Assembly: GCA_965203175.1 (NCBI GenBank) | Contig: OZ241867.1 | Span: forward strand, 4,224,001-4,288,000 | Direction of reading: 5' to 3' | Source of the DNA: Candidatus Latescibacterota bacterium | GTDB taxonomy: Bacteria; Latescibacterota; UBA2968; UBA8231 | Length of the DNA stretch: 64,000 nucleotides | Shown here: piece by piece, positions 19,808-30,277 of the stretch | Position numbering within the stretch: position 1 is the first letter of the stretch | Layout: each line of letters begins with the position of its first letter | Notes under the pieces: model-generated | Told to the model about the DNA's origin: nothing | The model's database searches: none | Seen by the model: the letters and a program-made list of their open reading frames with translations, nothing else | Position numbers and translations under genes: made by a program

Positions 19808-22048
19808 TTGAATAGCCGACAGATAAAAAACACAGGCCGCAGGCTACTTTGGAAACTCACATCCATAATCGGCCTAGCAGTCGGTCCCGTTTGGGGCGAC
19901 CAGACTGGCGCTCTAGCCGGGCACGTGATCGACGCCGAAAGCGGCCAACCCGTCGGTTGGACTACCGTCGTCATTGAGGGGCTCGAACGGGCGCGGATGA
20001 GCGACGCCGAGGGGTACTTCTTCTTCGCCAACGTACCCGCCGGTGCGCACGTCTTGCAAAGCCTACACGTCGGCTACCAAGAGGCCCACTTTAAGGTGAG
20101 GGTCGTCGCGGGGGATACCACCCATGTCGATCTAGCTATCGGCTACGAGTCCCTGCAGGTAGAGGGGATTCTCATCGAAGGCGAATACACGCGCCCTGTT
20201 TCTCCACTCCAAGCACCCGAAGTTGTCTTCAGCGGCAGCAAGCTGCGGCAGAATTTGAGCCGCACCATCGCCGAGACCATTGACTACGAGCCGGGCATTG
20301 CCCAGCGCTCAATGGGGCCAGCGCCCGCGCGTCCAGTCCTGCGCGGGCTAGGCGGCGACCGCTTGCTGATGATCGAAGACGGCGAGCGCACCGGCGATTT
20401 GTCTGCCACCTCCTCGGACCACGCCGTGGCCATCGAGCCGATGACTACCGAGCGCATTGAGGTCGTGCGCGGCCCTCGCACCTTGCTCTACGGGTCCAAT
20501 GCCTTGGCCGGGGTTGTCAATGTGGTGCGGGGATACGTGCCCTCTGAGCAGCCCGATGGTTTGGGGGGATCTGTGACGTATCAAGGAGAGAGCGTCAACC
20601 GAGGTTTGTCTGGCGGCCTGACTCTCGAACAGCCGCTCGGCCCACTGGCGCTGCGCTTCGACAGCAGTTTGCGCAATGCCGACGATATTGCCACGCCGCG
20701 TGGGGTACTCGCCAATACGAACATCCGCACGGGCAATGCCTCAGTCGGCCTGAGTCTGGTTCGTCCTTGGGGGCACGTAGGCGCGTCCGGTAGCTTGTAC
20801 GACTCCGACTATGGCATCCCTCCCGATGCAGAGAGCGGCCACCCGGACGGCGTATCCATTGATCTCCAGCGCCAGCACCTCGAAGGGCGCGGCGAAATCC
20901 TCACCGGGCCGGATTGGCTCCAGCGCCTAGAATTGCACCACGCGTTTTCGCGCTATCAGCACGGCGAATACGAAGCTAGTGGCAACTTGGGGCTGGAGTA
21001 CGGGGTGCTCACGCACAACAGCGGCGCGCTGGCCCACCTAGATCGCATGGGGCCTTTTGCCAACGGCGTGACTGGCTTGTGGTTCGAGTACCGCAACTAT
21101 GCCGCGGCCGGGCTCAACTATACGCCGCCGGCCGAGGAATACGCCGGTGCTTTGTTCGCGTACCAGGAGTGGGAGCATGGGCCTTGGGCGGCCAATGCGG
21201 CTTGGCGCGTTGACGCCCGCCGCGTCGAGCCGCGCGAGGAGCGCTATTCGCGCCGGGTCGGCAGCATCCAGACGCGCGACTTTGCCGGGATGTCTGCCGG
21301 TTTGTCCAATCACTATCGCGCCAGTTCGACTTTGACGTTGGGCTCGACCTTGATGCGCACCTTTCGCGCTCCTGGCATCGAAGAGCTGTTTTCCGAAGGA
21401 CCGCATCTGGCCGCCTATTCGTACGAGGTGGGCAACGGCTCCCTCGACAGCGAACGCGGCCTAGGACTGGAGCTGTTCGCCGACTACCACCGCGAAGAAG
21501 GCCATGTACACGTGGCCGTCTTCCGCAACGCGATCAATGGGTTCATTTTTTTCAAGAATAGCGGCGAGCGCAGTCTGCGGCGCGCCGATCTTTTTCTCTA
21601 TCAGACTCTGGGAGAGCGCGTCCTCATGCACGGTGCCGAAGTTACCTTCGATTGGCATCTGGCGGAGCCTTGGAAAGTGGCCGGTACCCTCAGCTATGTG
21701 CGCGGCCGGCTCACTGATCTCGACGACGAACCTCTGCCGCGGCTGCCACCTCTGCAAGGGCACTTGGCCCTGACTTGCGAACCTACTGAGGCGCTGAGTG
21801 CGACTATTGACGTGCGCTTGGCTGCGGAACAGGACCAGATCGGCGAGTTTGAAGAGCCTACAGAAGGCTACGCAGTGCTGGATCTTTCGAGCCAGTACTA
21901 CGCGCAGTGGGGGGGCCGTCTGCACACCTTCGCCCTGACCTTGGAAAACGCCACTGACGCGGTGTACCGCAACCACCTCAACCGCGTCAAAGATATCCTG
22001 CCCGAGCCAGGCCGCAATCTGCGCCTGCTGCACAAGATATTCTTCTGA
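19808..22048 (+). CDS. TonB-dependent receptor (ZnuD-like), copy 1
   Basis: N-terminal carboxypeptidase-regulatory-like domain, RPVLRGLGGDR, SSDHAV, IEVVRGPRTLLYGSNA plug, PGRN..FF end; start uncertain (TTG 19808). Confidence 0.9.
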   Translation: MNSRQIKNTGRRLLWKLTSIIGLAVGPVWGDQTGALAGHVIDAESGQPVGWTTVVIEGLERARMSDAEGYFFFANVPAGAHVLQSLHVGYQEAHFKVRVVAGDTTHVDLAIGYESLQVEGILIEGEYTRPVSPLQAPEVVFSGSKLRQNLSRTIAETIDYEPGIAQRSMGPAPARPVLRGLGGDRLLMIEDGERTGDLSATSSDHAVAIEPMTTERIEVVRGPRTLLYGSNALAGVVNVVRGYVPSEQPDGLGGSVTYQGESVNRGLSGGLTLEQPLGPLALRFDSSLRNADDIATPRGVLANTNIRTGNASVGLSLVRPWGHVGASGSLYDSDYGIPPDAESGHPDGVSIDLQRQHLEGRGEILTGPDWLQRLELHHAFSRYQHGEYEASGNLGLEYGVLTHNSGALAHLDRMGPFANGVTGLWFEYRNYAAAGLNYTPPAEEYAGALFAYQEWEHGPWAANAAWRVDARRVEPREERYSRRVGSIQTRDFAGMSAGLSNHYRASSTLTLGSTLMRTFRAPGIEELFSEGPHLAAYSYEVGNGSLDSERGLGLELFADYHREEGHVHVAVFRNAINGFIFFKNSGERSLRRADLFLYQTLGERVLMHGAEVTFDWHLAEPWKVAGTLSYVRGRLTDLDDEPLPRLPPLQGHLALTCEPTEALSATIDVRLAAEQDQIGEFEEPTEGYAVLDLSSQYYAQWGGRLHTFALTLENATDAVYRNHLNRVKDILPEPGRNLRLLHKIFF

Positions 22049-22089
22049 GAATTCGTCTGGATTCACTTACCGGACTGGGATTGCACAGA

Positions 22090-23367
22090 ATGACCTTTGA
22101 TTTTCTTGGGATATTAACCAGTTTTTTTGCCTTCCTCTGGTCTTCCTTTTTACTGCTAGCCCCCATGCTTCTGCTGGGGTTCCTCCTCTCCGGCCTGATT
22201 CATGTGTTTATCTCCCGTCAGGCCGTTCTCCGCTGGCTCCACGACGACAGCCTAAAATCCGTCACCTTGAGTTCGGCCATTGGCGTACCCGTGCCGCTGT
22301 GCAGTTGTTCGGTCGTGCCCGTGGTGGCCGAGATGCGTAACAAGGGGGCGTCCCGTTCGTCCTGCATGTCCTTCCTGATCACCGCGCCGGAAACAGGTGC
22401 GGATTCGATTTTAGTCACTAACGCCTTTTTCGGACCCATCGTTGCCATCGTCCGGCCCGTCATCAGCTTCATCACTGCGGTCGTCGCCGGTATCTTTTGC
22501 ATCGGACTGATAAGAGACGACCGAAATGAAGCCGAGGTAAGCGGCCACGATCACTACCATGAATGTAGCCACGATCATCACCAATCCCTCATAGCCGACA
22601 GGGATGATTGCTACGTCAGTCCCGCGCAACTGAAGGGCTTACTGGTCAACTGGTTGAAGGGAATCGCTGGCCGACCATCCACCGGTGGTTCTTCTGCGGC
22701 AGCAGTCCCCACCGACAATCAAGGTCTCGACTTCAAAAAGCTGATCAAGCACATCTTGCGCTATGGCTTCATTGAGATCGCCGACGACATTCTCTTTGCG
22801 CTGTTGGTGGGGGTCGTGCTGGGCGGTGTGCTCTTTCTGGCGATTCCGAGCGATCTGATGGCGCACGAGTACGCCCGCTGGCTGTCCTATCCGGTCATGG
22901 TGCTGATCGGCATTCCCCTCTATATCTGCGCCTCCGCCAGTACTCCGATCGCCGCCGCGCTAGTTGCCAAGGGGGTCAGCCCCGGCGCAGCGCTGATTTT
23001 TCTGATGACTGGACCGGCCACCAACACGGGCACGATCGCGATCATCGTCAGCCAATTCGGCTCCCGCTTCGCATCCATTTACGTCGCCGCAGTCATCGCG
23101 GTTACAGTCGTCCTCGGCATTGCCATCGACGCGCTGCTTCTCGCGGCTGGTCTGGCGATTTCCGTCAACCTCGGCGCCTCTCATGCGCCAGCCATTCAGT
23201 TCCTGCAATGGGGCAGCGCTTTGCTCCTCATCGCCCTGATCGTCTGGCGCTTTCGCGCCGGTGCCCTGCGCCATGGCTACGAGGATATGCTGCTCAATCT
23301 TCGCTTCCGGTCCAGCGCGGGCGATCGGGATCTGTCAGCGCGAGACCTCAGCAGTGGTAAGTCTTAA
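22090..23367 (+). CDS. SO_0444/ArsP-like metal permease, copy 2
   Basis: Near-identical to 16282-17535, in inverted orientation. Confidence 0.85.
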   Translation: MTFDFLGILTSFFAFLWSSFLLLAPMLLLGFLLSGLIHVFISRQAVLRWLHDDSLKSVTLSSAIGVPVPLCSCSVVPVVAEMRNKGASRSSCMSFLITAPETGADSILVTNAFFGPIVAIVRPVISFITAVVAGIFCIGLIRDDRNEAEVSGHDHYHECSHDHHQSLIADRDDCYVSPAQLKGLLVNWLKGIAGRPSTGGSSAAAVPTDNQGLDFKKLIKHILRYGFIEIADDILFALLVGVVLGGVLFLAIPSDLMAHEYARWLSYPVMVLIGIPLYICASASTPIAAALVAKGVSPGAALIFLMTGPATNTGTIAIIVSQFGSRFASIYVAAVIAVTVVLGIAIDALLLAAGLAISVNLGASHAPAIQFLQWGSALLLIALIVWRFRAGALRHGYEDMLLNLRFRSSAGDRDLSARDLSSGKS

Positions 23368-23398
23368 CCCGAACTCACGTTAAAGGAGGATTCTATAT

Positions 23399-24646
23399 AT
23401 GAACACGCCGCGCAAAGTACCTAAAGTGCCCCTGTCAGAGAGACTGCCCGTTACTGTCCTGTCCGGCTTTCTCGGCGCAGGCAAGACCTCTCTTCTCAAC
23501 AACGTGCTCAACAACCGCGAGGGCATGCGCGTCGCGGTCATCGTCAACGACATGAGCGAGGTCAACATCGACGCGGCGCTCGTTGAGCACGGCGGTGCCC
23601 AGCTCTCGCGGACCGAGGAGAAGCTGGTCGAGATGTCGAACGGCTGCATCTGCTGCACGCTGCGAGACGACCTGCTCGCCGAGGTCTCACGGCTCGCACA
23701 GGAGAGACGCTTCGACTACCTGCTCATCGAGTCCACTGGGATCTCGGAGCCCATTCCGGTCGCGCAGACCTTCACCTTCGAGGACGAGAACGGTGTGAGC
23801 CTGAGTCAGGTTTCGCGCCTCGACACCATGGTCACGGTCGTGGACGCGGCGAGCTTCCTGCGGGACTACAACGCCGCCGAAGCGCTCCAAGACCGCGGTG
23901 AGTCGCTGGGCGAAGAAGATCTCCGGACGGTGACCGACCTGCTTATCGACCAGATCGAGTTCGCCGACGTCATCGTGCTCAACAAGCTCGATCTCGTGAG
24001 CAACGATCAGGCTCTCGAGGTCGAGGCTATCGTGAAAGCGTTCAACCCCGGCGCGAAGATCCTCATGGCGACGCGCGGACAGATCCCGCTCGAATGCGTG
24101 CTCGACACGGGCCTGTTCGACTACGAGAAGGCGGAGAGCTCCGCCGGCTGGATTCGAGAGCTTCAGGGTGAGCACACGCCGGAGACCGAGGAGTACGGGA
24201 TCTCGAGCTTCACCTATCGGACGTCGCAGCCCTTCGACGCCGAGAAGCTGTGGGCGTTCCTGCACGACGCCGAGAACTGGAGCGGCGTGCTCCGCTCGAA
24301 GGGCTTCTTCTGGGTCGCCGCTGACCATCGGATCCTCTACGAGTGGGCTCAAGCCGGCGGCGTCTTCAACGTGAACCCCGCCGGGATGTGGTGGGCGGCC
24401 GTGCCTCGCAAATACTGGGAGCACCCCGAGGGTCAGCGACCTGACCAGCAGTCGGGCTGGGATCCTCGCTTCGGCGATCGCGCGCAGCAGCTCGTCTTCA
24501 TCGGCCAGCAGATGCACGAGGCGGCGATACGCGCTCGCCTCAACGCGTGCCTGCTCGACGAGCGCCTCGCCGCCGCTGACAGCAAGGCCTGGGCAGCGCT
24601 CCGGAACCCGTTTCCGGAGCTTCTCATGGACGAGGAGGCAGCATGA
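23399..24646 (+). CDS. COG0523 metallochaperone GTPase (ZigA/YciC-like)
   Basis: [29 protein letters not shown] CobW_C domain; strong RBS. Confidence 0.93.
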   Translation: MNTPRKVPKVPLSERLPVTVLSGFLGAGKTSLLNNVLNNREGMRVAVIVNDMSEVNIDAALVEHGGAQLSRTEEKLVEMSNGCICCTLRDDLLAEVSRLAQERRFDYLLIESTGISEPIPVAQTFTFEDENGVSLSQVSRLDTMVTVVDAASFLRDYNAAEALQDRGESLGEEDLRTVTDLLIDQIEFADVIVLNKLDLVSNDQALEVEAIVKAFNPGAKILMATRGQIPLECVLDTGLFDYEKAESSAGWIRELQGEHTPETEEYGISSFTYRTSQPFDAEKLWAFLHDAENWSGVLRSKGFFWVAADHRILYEWAQAGGVFNVNPAGMWWAAVPRKYWEHPEGQRPDQQSGWDPRFGDRAQQLVFIGQQMHEAAIRARLNACLLDERLAAADSKAWAALRNPFPELLMDEEAA

Positions 24647-25014
24647 CCGAGACTGTCTCATCCGTTTTGGCGAAAGGGTCACCGACATCTCATGTCGCAG
24701 GGAGAAGAGAGAACATGTTGATCAACACATCACCACGTCGCCCGAACCGCGAACGGGTTCGATATATCAAAGAGGCATTGCGCGAGGCGCTGAGCCTTCC
24801 CGATGACATGACAGTCACGGTCACCGAGCTGGCTTGTCTCGAAGAAGGCTGCGCGCCCGTCGAAACCGTGATTGGCCTGCTTCGGCCCGATGCACCACAG
24901 CTTCAGTGCAAGCTACACAAACCCGTGGACGCCGTTGACGCCAAGGATCTGGTCCGGGTCTGCACGGCGTGGGGCTTCGACGTCCAGATTGCCATCCCCG
25001 AACCACTCACCTAG
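24643..25014 (+). CDS. Small conserved CxxxxC protein
   Basis: [18 protein letters not shown] motif; lies between two COG0523 genes; true start may be internal. Confidence 0.65.
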   Translation: MTETVSSVLAKGSPTSHVAGRRENMLINTSPRRPNRERVRYIKEALREALSLPDDMTVTVTELACLEEGCAPVETVIGLLRPDAPQLQCKLHKPVDAVDAKDLVRVCTAWGFDVQIAIPEPLT

Positions 25015-25023
25015 GAGAATTAG

Positions 25024-26370
25024 ATGAATACGCCTCAAAAAGTACCCGTAACGATCCTCACCGGCTTCCTCGGCTCTGGCAAGACGACCCTACTCAACCG
25101 GATCTTGAGTGAGGAGCACGGCAAGCGCATTGCCGTGATCGAGAACGAGTATGGAGAAGTCGGCATCGATCAGGCGCTCGTCATCAACGCTGACGAGGAG
25201 ATCTTTGAGATGTCGAATGGCTGCATCTGCTGCACGGTGCGCGGAGACCTGATTCGCGTGCTCGGCAATCTCATGAAGCGCCGCGACAAGTTCGACTATG
25301 TGTTGGTGGAGACCACAGGGCTGGCCGATCCCGGTCCGGTCGCTCAGACGTTCTTCATGGACGACGAGATTCGCGCGGAGTTCTCGCTTGACGGAATCGT
25401 CACGCTCGTCGATGCAGCCCACATTGAGCAGCAGCTCGGCCGAAGCGACGAAAGCACGGAGCAAATCGCGTTCGCAGACATCCTCGTGCTCAACAAGACG
25501 GACCTCGTCAACGGCGAGGCGCTCGACGGACTCGAATCTCGGCTCCGAGACATGAACCGAATGGCGCGAGTCGTGCGCAGCGAGCAGGCGAACGTCTCCG
25601 TCGATACGGTACTCAACCTCGACGCCTTCGACTTGGACCAGGCGCTCGAGCGTCGCCCCACCTTCCTCGAGCCGGAGTATCCATTCGAATGGACTGGAGT
25701 CTATTCGCTCGATATGGGCCGCTACGAACTCAGCCTCGCCGATGGACCTGATCCGGCGATGTCGCTCGTCGTCGTGTCTGACCAGGGCACGGATGACGCT
25801 GCCCTCCGTGAGGGTGCGGAGTGGTGTGTGCGGCGGTACGCCGAACCTGCGGAGCTTATTGGCCCGGGGGAAGATATTCCGGTCGGAAAGCATGTGAACC
25901 TCCAGCTCGATTCCCCAGGGCGCAAGTCGTTCTTCTTGGAGGTCGATACACAAGTGCAGATTGGCCTCTACGCCCAGCACCTCGCGGAGGAGTTCGATCT
26001 CCAACTGACGAACGCGGATGGAGCGACAATCAGGCAAGAGGTCGAGCGAACCTGGGTCGCCCAGCACGAGCACGACGACGAGGTGGGCTCGATCGCGATC
26101 GAGCGGGACGGCGACGTCGATATCGTCAGGCTCAACGCTTGGCTTACCATACTGCTCGGTGAGCGCGGGGTGGACATCTTCCGCATGAAGGGCTTCATCA
26201 GCCTCGCAGGTGAGTCGCGTCGCTTCGTCTTCCAGGGGGTTCACATGCTTTTTGACGGCCAGCCAGAGCGCGAATGGGGGGACGAGCCCCGCCGCAATCA
26301 ACTCGTCTTCATCGGCCGCAACCTCGATGAGCAGAGCATGCGGCAGGGGTTCGAAGCATGTCTGATTTGA
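25024..26370 (+). CDS. COG0523/CobW family GTPase with an inserted domain
   Basis: GFLGSGKT, GCICC, ETTG, NKTD, about 130 aa insert, HEHDDEV, FRMKG. Confidence 0.92.
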   Translation: MNTPQKVPVTILTGFLGSGKTTLLNRILSEEHGKRIAVIENEYGEVGIDQALVINADEEIFEMSNGCICCTVRGDLIRVLGNLMKRRDKFDYVLVETTGLADPGPVAQTFFMDDEIRAEFSLDGIVTLVDAAHIEQQLGRSDESTEQIAFADILVLNKTDLVNGEALDGLESRLRDMNRMARVVRSEQANVSVDTVLNLDAFDLDQALERRPTFLEPEYPFEWTGVYSLDMGRYELSLADGPDPAMSLVVVSDQGTDDAALREGAEWCVRRYAEPAELIGPGEDIPVGKHVNLQLDSPGRKSFFLEVDTQVQIGLYAQHLAEEFDLQLTNADGATIRQEVERTWVAQHEHDDEVGSIAIERDGDVDIVRLNAWLTILLGERGVDIFRMKGFISLAGESRRFVFQGVHMLFDGQPEREWGDEPRRNQLVFIGRNLDEQSMRQGFEACLI

Positions 26371-26440
26371 ATGTTCAGCATGGATTAGGTAATCCGGCAA
26401 CGACGCATTCCATCCAAACACTCGATGGAGGTCAACCACA

Positions 26441-27253
26441 TTGCCTCAATCTGACGCGATCATCTGGAATGTCGACCCAGTCCTTTTCCAGATCGGTCCG
26501 CTCTCGATCAGATACTACGGTATCTTCTTCGCGCTCTCGTTCTTCATTGGATACAACATCATCCGTTCCGTCTTCAGGCGAGAGGGGAAGCCGGAATCCG
26601 ACCTCTCAACGCTCCTGACTTATATGATGGTCGGCGTTATCGCGGGCGCGCGCCTCGGTCATTGCCTCTTCTACGATCCGGGATACTTCCTCAGCAATCC
26701 GCACAAGATGCTGATGGTGTGGGAAGGCGGACTCGCCAGCCACGGTGGCGCGATCGGCATTTTGACAGCACTGTTCATCTACGCCCGACGCCACCCCGAT
26801 CAACCGTATCTGTGGCTGCTCGATCGGATGGTCATTGTCGTCGCACTCGCCGGACTGCTGATCCGACTCGGGAACTTCTTCAATTCGGAGATTCTCGGAA
26901 TCCCCACCGATGTCCCTTGGGCCGTCGTCTTCGACCGGATCGACGATACACCGAGACATCCCGCACAACTCTACGAGTCGATCGCCTACGGGACGATCTT
27001 CGTGGGGTTGTATAGACTCTACATCCGGCTCGAAGCCCGAACGCCACGCGGTCTCTTGTTCGGCCTCTTCCTCGTCTCCGTCTTCGGGTTCAGGTTTCTG
27101 ATCGAATTCGTCAAAGAACGACAGGCGGCGTATGGCGCGGACCTTGCCCTCAGTGTCGGCCAGATCCTCAGCATACCGCTGCTCATCCTCGGAATCGCAT
27201 TCCTGGCAAGGGCGCTGCGCACCGGTTTCTCCAAGCCCGATTCGGTCGAATAG
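26441..27253 (+). CDS. lgt: Prolipoprotein diacylglyceryl transferase
   Basis: IRYYG, GARLGHC, GGLASHGG, RLGNFFNSEI, HPAQLYES, RFLIEF. Confidence 0.93.
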   Translation: MPQSDAIIWNVDPVLFQIGPLSIRYYGIFFALSFFIGYNIIRSVFRREGKPESDLSTLLTYMMVGVIAGARLGHCLFYDPGYFLSNPHKMLMVWEGGLASHGGAIGILTALFIYARRHPDQPYLWLLDRMVIVVALAGLLIRLGNFFNSEILGIPTDVPWAVVFDRIDDTPRHPAQLYESIAYGTIFVGLYRLYIRLEARTPRGLLFGLFLVSVFGFRFLIEFVKERQAAYGADLALSVGQILSIPLLILGIAFLARALRTGFSKPDSVE

Positions 27254-27291
27254 GCGGCCTTGGCCGGAGAGGCCCTGGTGACACGAAAGCC

Positions 27292-28389
27292 TTATTTCGC
27301 CGCAGGCTGCCGAAGCAAATCAAGATCGGCATCAGACGCGGTATCCTGATGAGGATCCTTCTCCGTTTGGCACGCATCGAAGCGGCTTTGCAGCTCGCAA
27401 TCGTCGATTCCACCTTCCTCACCGATAAAGACCAACTGTGTCCCCGGACTCTCGTCGCCCCACGGCTCACCAATAATCAAACGCGCCCGTTTGCCGGCAA
27501 CGTGGACGATTCCCTTCCGACTGGGAATGTCGGAAAGGTAAACAATCCCTTTGGCTCGGTAGATAGTCGCAGGTAGAGTTTTCACCGCATCAAGCACAGC
27601 CCCACGTGACAGAGGTTTGTTCGTCGTATAGCACCACGTGTTGAAGACAAGCGTATGGTCCGTGTGGTGTTCGTGATGGTTCGCGTCAGCGTGGTCGTGT
27701 CCATGGGCCTCGCCGTCCGCATGTATGTGAACATCCAGACCTGGTTTCCCCGCAAAGCGGTGGAGGTCGTATGTCCCGATACCGAGTACCAAATCGAGCG
27801 GAACCTCACCAAAAGTAGCTTCGAGGATACGCGCTCTCGGAACGGTATCTCTGACAAAGTTTGCCAAATCCTCCCGCTCTTCATCATTGACCAGGTCCAG
27901 CTTGTTCAGCACCACAATGTCTGCCATGGCGATCTGGTCTACCGCGAGTCTACGATGTTTCTCGTTCACGTGGTGAATCTGCTCCGCATCGACCACGGTC
28001 AGGACACTGTCCACTCGGGTCCGAGACTGCAATTCGGCAGCCAGGAAGGTCAATGAAACCGCCGCCGGGTCAGATACGCCGCTCGTTTCAACGACGATAT
28101 ACTCCGGCGGGTTTGGGCCCTGAATCAACTGAACCGTTGCTTCGAGCAGGTCATCGCGAATCGAGCAACAGATACACCCGTTGGAAAGGTTGATGGTGGA
28201 TTCCCCGGAGACCCCAGAGACCAACTCGGCGTCAATGTTGATCTCTCCAAAGTCGTTGACCAACACTGCCACGCGCAATCCGTGGTCGGCGTTGAGAATG
28301 TGGTTGAGCAGGGAGGTTTTGCCCGCACCTAAAAAGCCGCTGATAATTGTTACTGGAATAGGTTCTTTTGAGTCCCGGCTTTCAGCCAT
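27292..28389 (-). CDS. COG0523/CobW family GTPase with His-rich linker
   Basis: [35 protein letters not shown]; ATG 28389. Confidence 0.92.
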   Translation of the reverse strand: MAESRDSKEPIPVTIISGFLGAGKTSLLNHILNADHGLRVAVLVNDFGEINIDAELVSGVSGESTINLSNGCICCSIRDDLLEATVQLIQGPNPPEYIVVETSGVSDPAAVSLTFLAAELQSRTRVDSVLTVVDAEQIHHVNEKHRRLAVDQIAMADIVVLNKLDLVNDEEREDLANFVRDTVPRARILEATFGEVPLDLVLGIGTYDLHRFAGKPGLDVHIHADGEAHGHDHADANHHEHHTDHTLVFNTWCYTTNKPLSRGAVLDAVKTLPATIYRAKGIVYLSDIPSRKGIVHVAGKRARLIIGEPWGDESPGTQLVFIGEEGGIDDCELQSRFDACQTEKDPHQDTASDADLDLLRQPAAK

Positions 28390-28439
28390 TGATTCCCTCC
28401 TGGGGGCGCGCGACCCCGTGGTGGCGGCGGGGTCGCAGC

Positions 28440-29000
28440 TCACCGAGCTACCGCCCGCCTGTAGGGCTCGATCGACTCGACGTCCATCGAGTAGCCAAAA
28501 CTGACATTGGTGATGGAGTCGTAACCGTCCTCACCAAGCTTGCTCGTATCGTGACCAGTCTTCAGGCGGCCAGAGATCCAGACCGGCCGCCGCATCTGCT
28601 GCAGGTCATGGGCTTGCTCGAGACTGCAGCGGATAACCTGGTTGGCCGGCGGCGGCGGGGTATGGAGACAGGCACCAAGATAGGGCATCAACAGGAATTC
28701 GCGGATCCGTGTTCCTTTGTATTCCAAGGGCAATACGTAGCCCGGAATCCTGACCGTCTGGCCATCGAGCTCCTTGACCACCGGTGCCTTGTCGAGCATT
28801 TCTTGGGCCTTCTCCCGCAACGCGAAGTACTCTTCGTCGCTGAGTGCGGCGTACTCCTCGTCGCTGAGTTCATCGAACACGGCGTAGGGATTCCAGCCCT
28901 CGGGAACGAGCTGGTCCCACAGGATCTCGCGCGGTGAGTCCGAGGCGGCTGCGCTGGTGACGAGCAGCAACACGAGCAATCGTTGGCGAAACATGGGCAT
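28440..29000 (-). CDS. DUF3299 family protein (ZrgD-like)
   Basis: WDQLVP, VRIPGYVLPL, EFLLMPYLGACLHTPPPPANQ; ATG 29000 with CAGGAGG RBS. Confidence 0.88.
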   Translation of the reverse strand: MPMFRQRLLVLLLVTSAAASDSPREILWDQLVPEGWNPYAVFDELSDEEYAALSDEEYFALREKAQEMLDKAPVVKELDGQTVRIPGYVLPLEYKGTRIREFLLMPYLGACLHTPPPPANQVIRCSLEQAHDLQQMRRPVWISGRLKTGHDTSKLGEDGYDSITNVSFGYSMDVESIEPYRRAVAR

Positions 29001-29035
29001 GGTCCTCCTGATCTGCGACTGAGAGTGTCTCGCGC

Positions 29036-30277
29036 TCACAGTCGAGTCGACAGTCCGTCGGCGAGCGAGTTCCGGTAACAGCGCCAAGCCGGCACCAGGC
29101 CAACGAGCAGGCCGGCAGTCATCAGACCGCCGAGCAGCGGCCATTCGCCCGCAGTGGGCAAGCCGATCGGCAGAAGCAGGCCGAAGCGCTCGACGATCCA
29201 GGGCTGCAAGGCCCGCAGCGCCAGGTTCTGCATCGCTACTCCCATTGCGATACCGACCAGTGTCAGCAGCGCTGACTCCATGATGAGTAACTCCATGACG
29301 TGGCGATAGCCGGCGCCGACCGAGCGCAGCACTGCCATTTCGCGCCGGCGTTCGTTGAGTCCGGCCAGTGAGACCGCCAGCAGACCCGCCAGCGCCGCGG
29401 CTGCGACAAGGATCGAGACGACCCGCAGCGCCTGTTCGCCAACGCGCATCAGGTCCCAGAGTTCCTGTAGCGCCACGCCCGGAAAGATGGCGAGCAAGGG
29501 TTCGGCACCATACTGATTGATGTCGCGCTGCAGCTTGAAGGCGGCGAGTCGGTTGTCGAGGCCGAGCAGGAAGGCGGTGATCTGGCGCGGGGTCAGGTCC
29601 TGACCCCGTGCGCGCCGGAGATCGGTCTCGACGCGGTTCCAGTTCATGTGCATGGCCTCGATCCCCGCGAGGCCGACGTGAACGGTGCGATCGACGGGCG
29701 TGCCCGTCGGTGCCAGGATGCCGGTGACCTTGAACGGGTGGTTGTCGTGGTCGCCGAAGCCTTCTGTCCCGATGCCGTGGGTAACGACCAGTTCGTCGCC
29801 GAGACGGTATCCGAGCTTGCGCGCCACTTCTGCGCCGAGGACGGCATCCAGCGTCTCGGCGAAGGGTCCACCCTCCGAAAAGCCAAGACGACGCTTGTCG
29901 GCGTAGCGGAAGTGCTCGAAGTAGTCGGTAGACGTGCCCATGACGCGGTAACCGCGGTGCGAATCGCCGAGCGAGATCGGGATGGCCCAGCGGACGCCTG
30001 GCCAGGTCGAGATGTCCGTATAGCTGGACCAGGCGACATTGCTGGTGGCGTTGCCGATGCGAAAGACCGAATAGAGCAATAGCTGCACCGAACCGCTGCG
30101 CGCGCCGACGATCAGGTCGGTACCGGACACGGTGTTGGCGAAGCTCAGGCGCGCGTGGGAACGGACCTTCTCGACGCCAAGCAGCAGCGCCACGCTGACC
30201 GCGATCGTCAGGACGGTCAGCGTGGCGGTATCGCGCCGGTTCAGCAAACTCTTCCAGGCCAGACGCAGCACGTTCAC
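29036..30277 (-). CDS. FtsX-type ABC permease (ZrgC-like)
   Basis: LAWKSLLNRR, DLIVGARSGSVQLLLYSVF, AIPISLGDSH, ERRREMAVLRSVGA; GTG 30277. Confidence 0.88.
   Translation of the reverse strand: MNVLRLAWKSLLNRRDTATLTVLTIAVSVALLLGVEKVRSHARLSFANTVSGTDLIVGARSGSVQLLLYSVFRIGNATSNVAWSSYTDISTWPGVRWAIPISLGDSHRGYRVMGTSTDYFEHFRYADKRRLGFSEGGPFAETLDAVLGAEVARKLGYRLGDELVVTHGIGTEGFGDHDNHPFKVTGILAPTGTPVDRTVHVGLAGIEAMHMNWNRVETDLRRARGQDLTPRQITAFLLGLDNRLAAFKLQRDINQYGAEPLLAIFPGVALQELWDLMRVGEQALRVVSILVAAAALAGLLAVSLAGLNERRREMAVLRSVGAGYRHVMELLIMESALLTLVGIAMGVAMQNLALRALQPWIVERFGLLLPIGLPTAGEWPLLGGLMTAGLLVGLVPAWRCYRNSLADGLSTRL

Larger units (their letters stand above)
17598..19822 (+). repeat. Tandem duplication of a ~1.1 kb promoter-leader ORF-lipoprotein unit
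   Basis: Near-identical sequence at about 17598-18692 and 18699-19822 (offset 1101 at the leader ATGs, 1121 at the lipoprotein ATGs). Confidence 0.9.
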
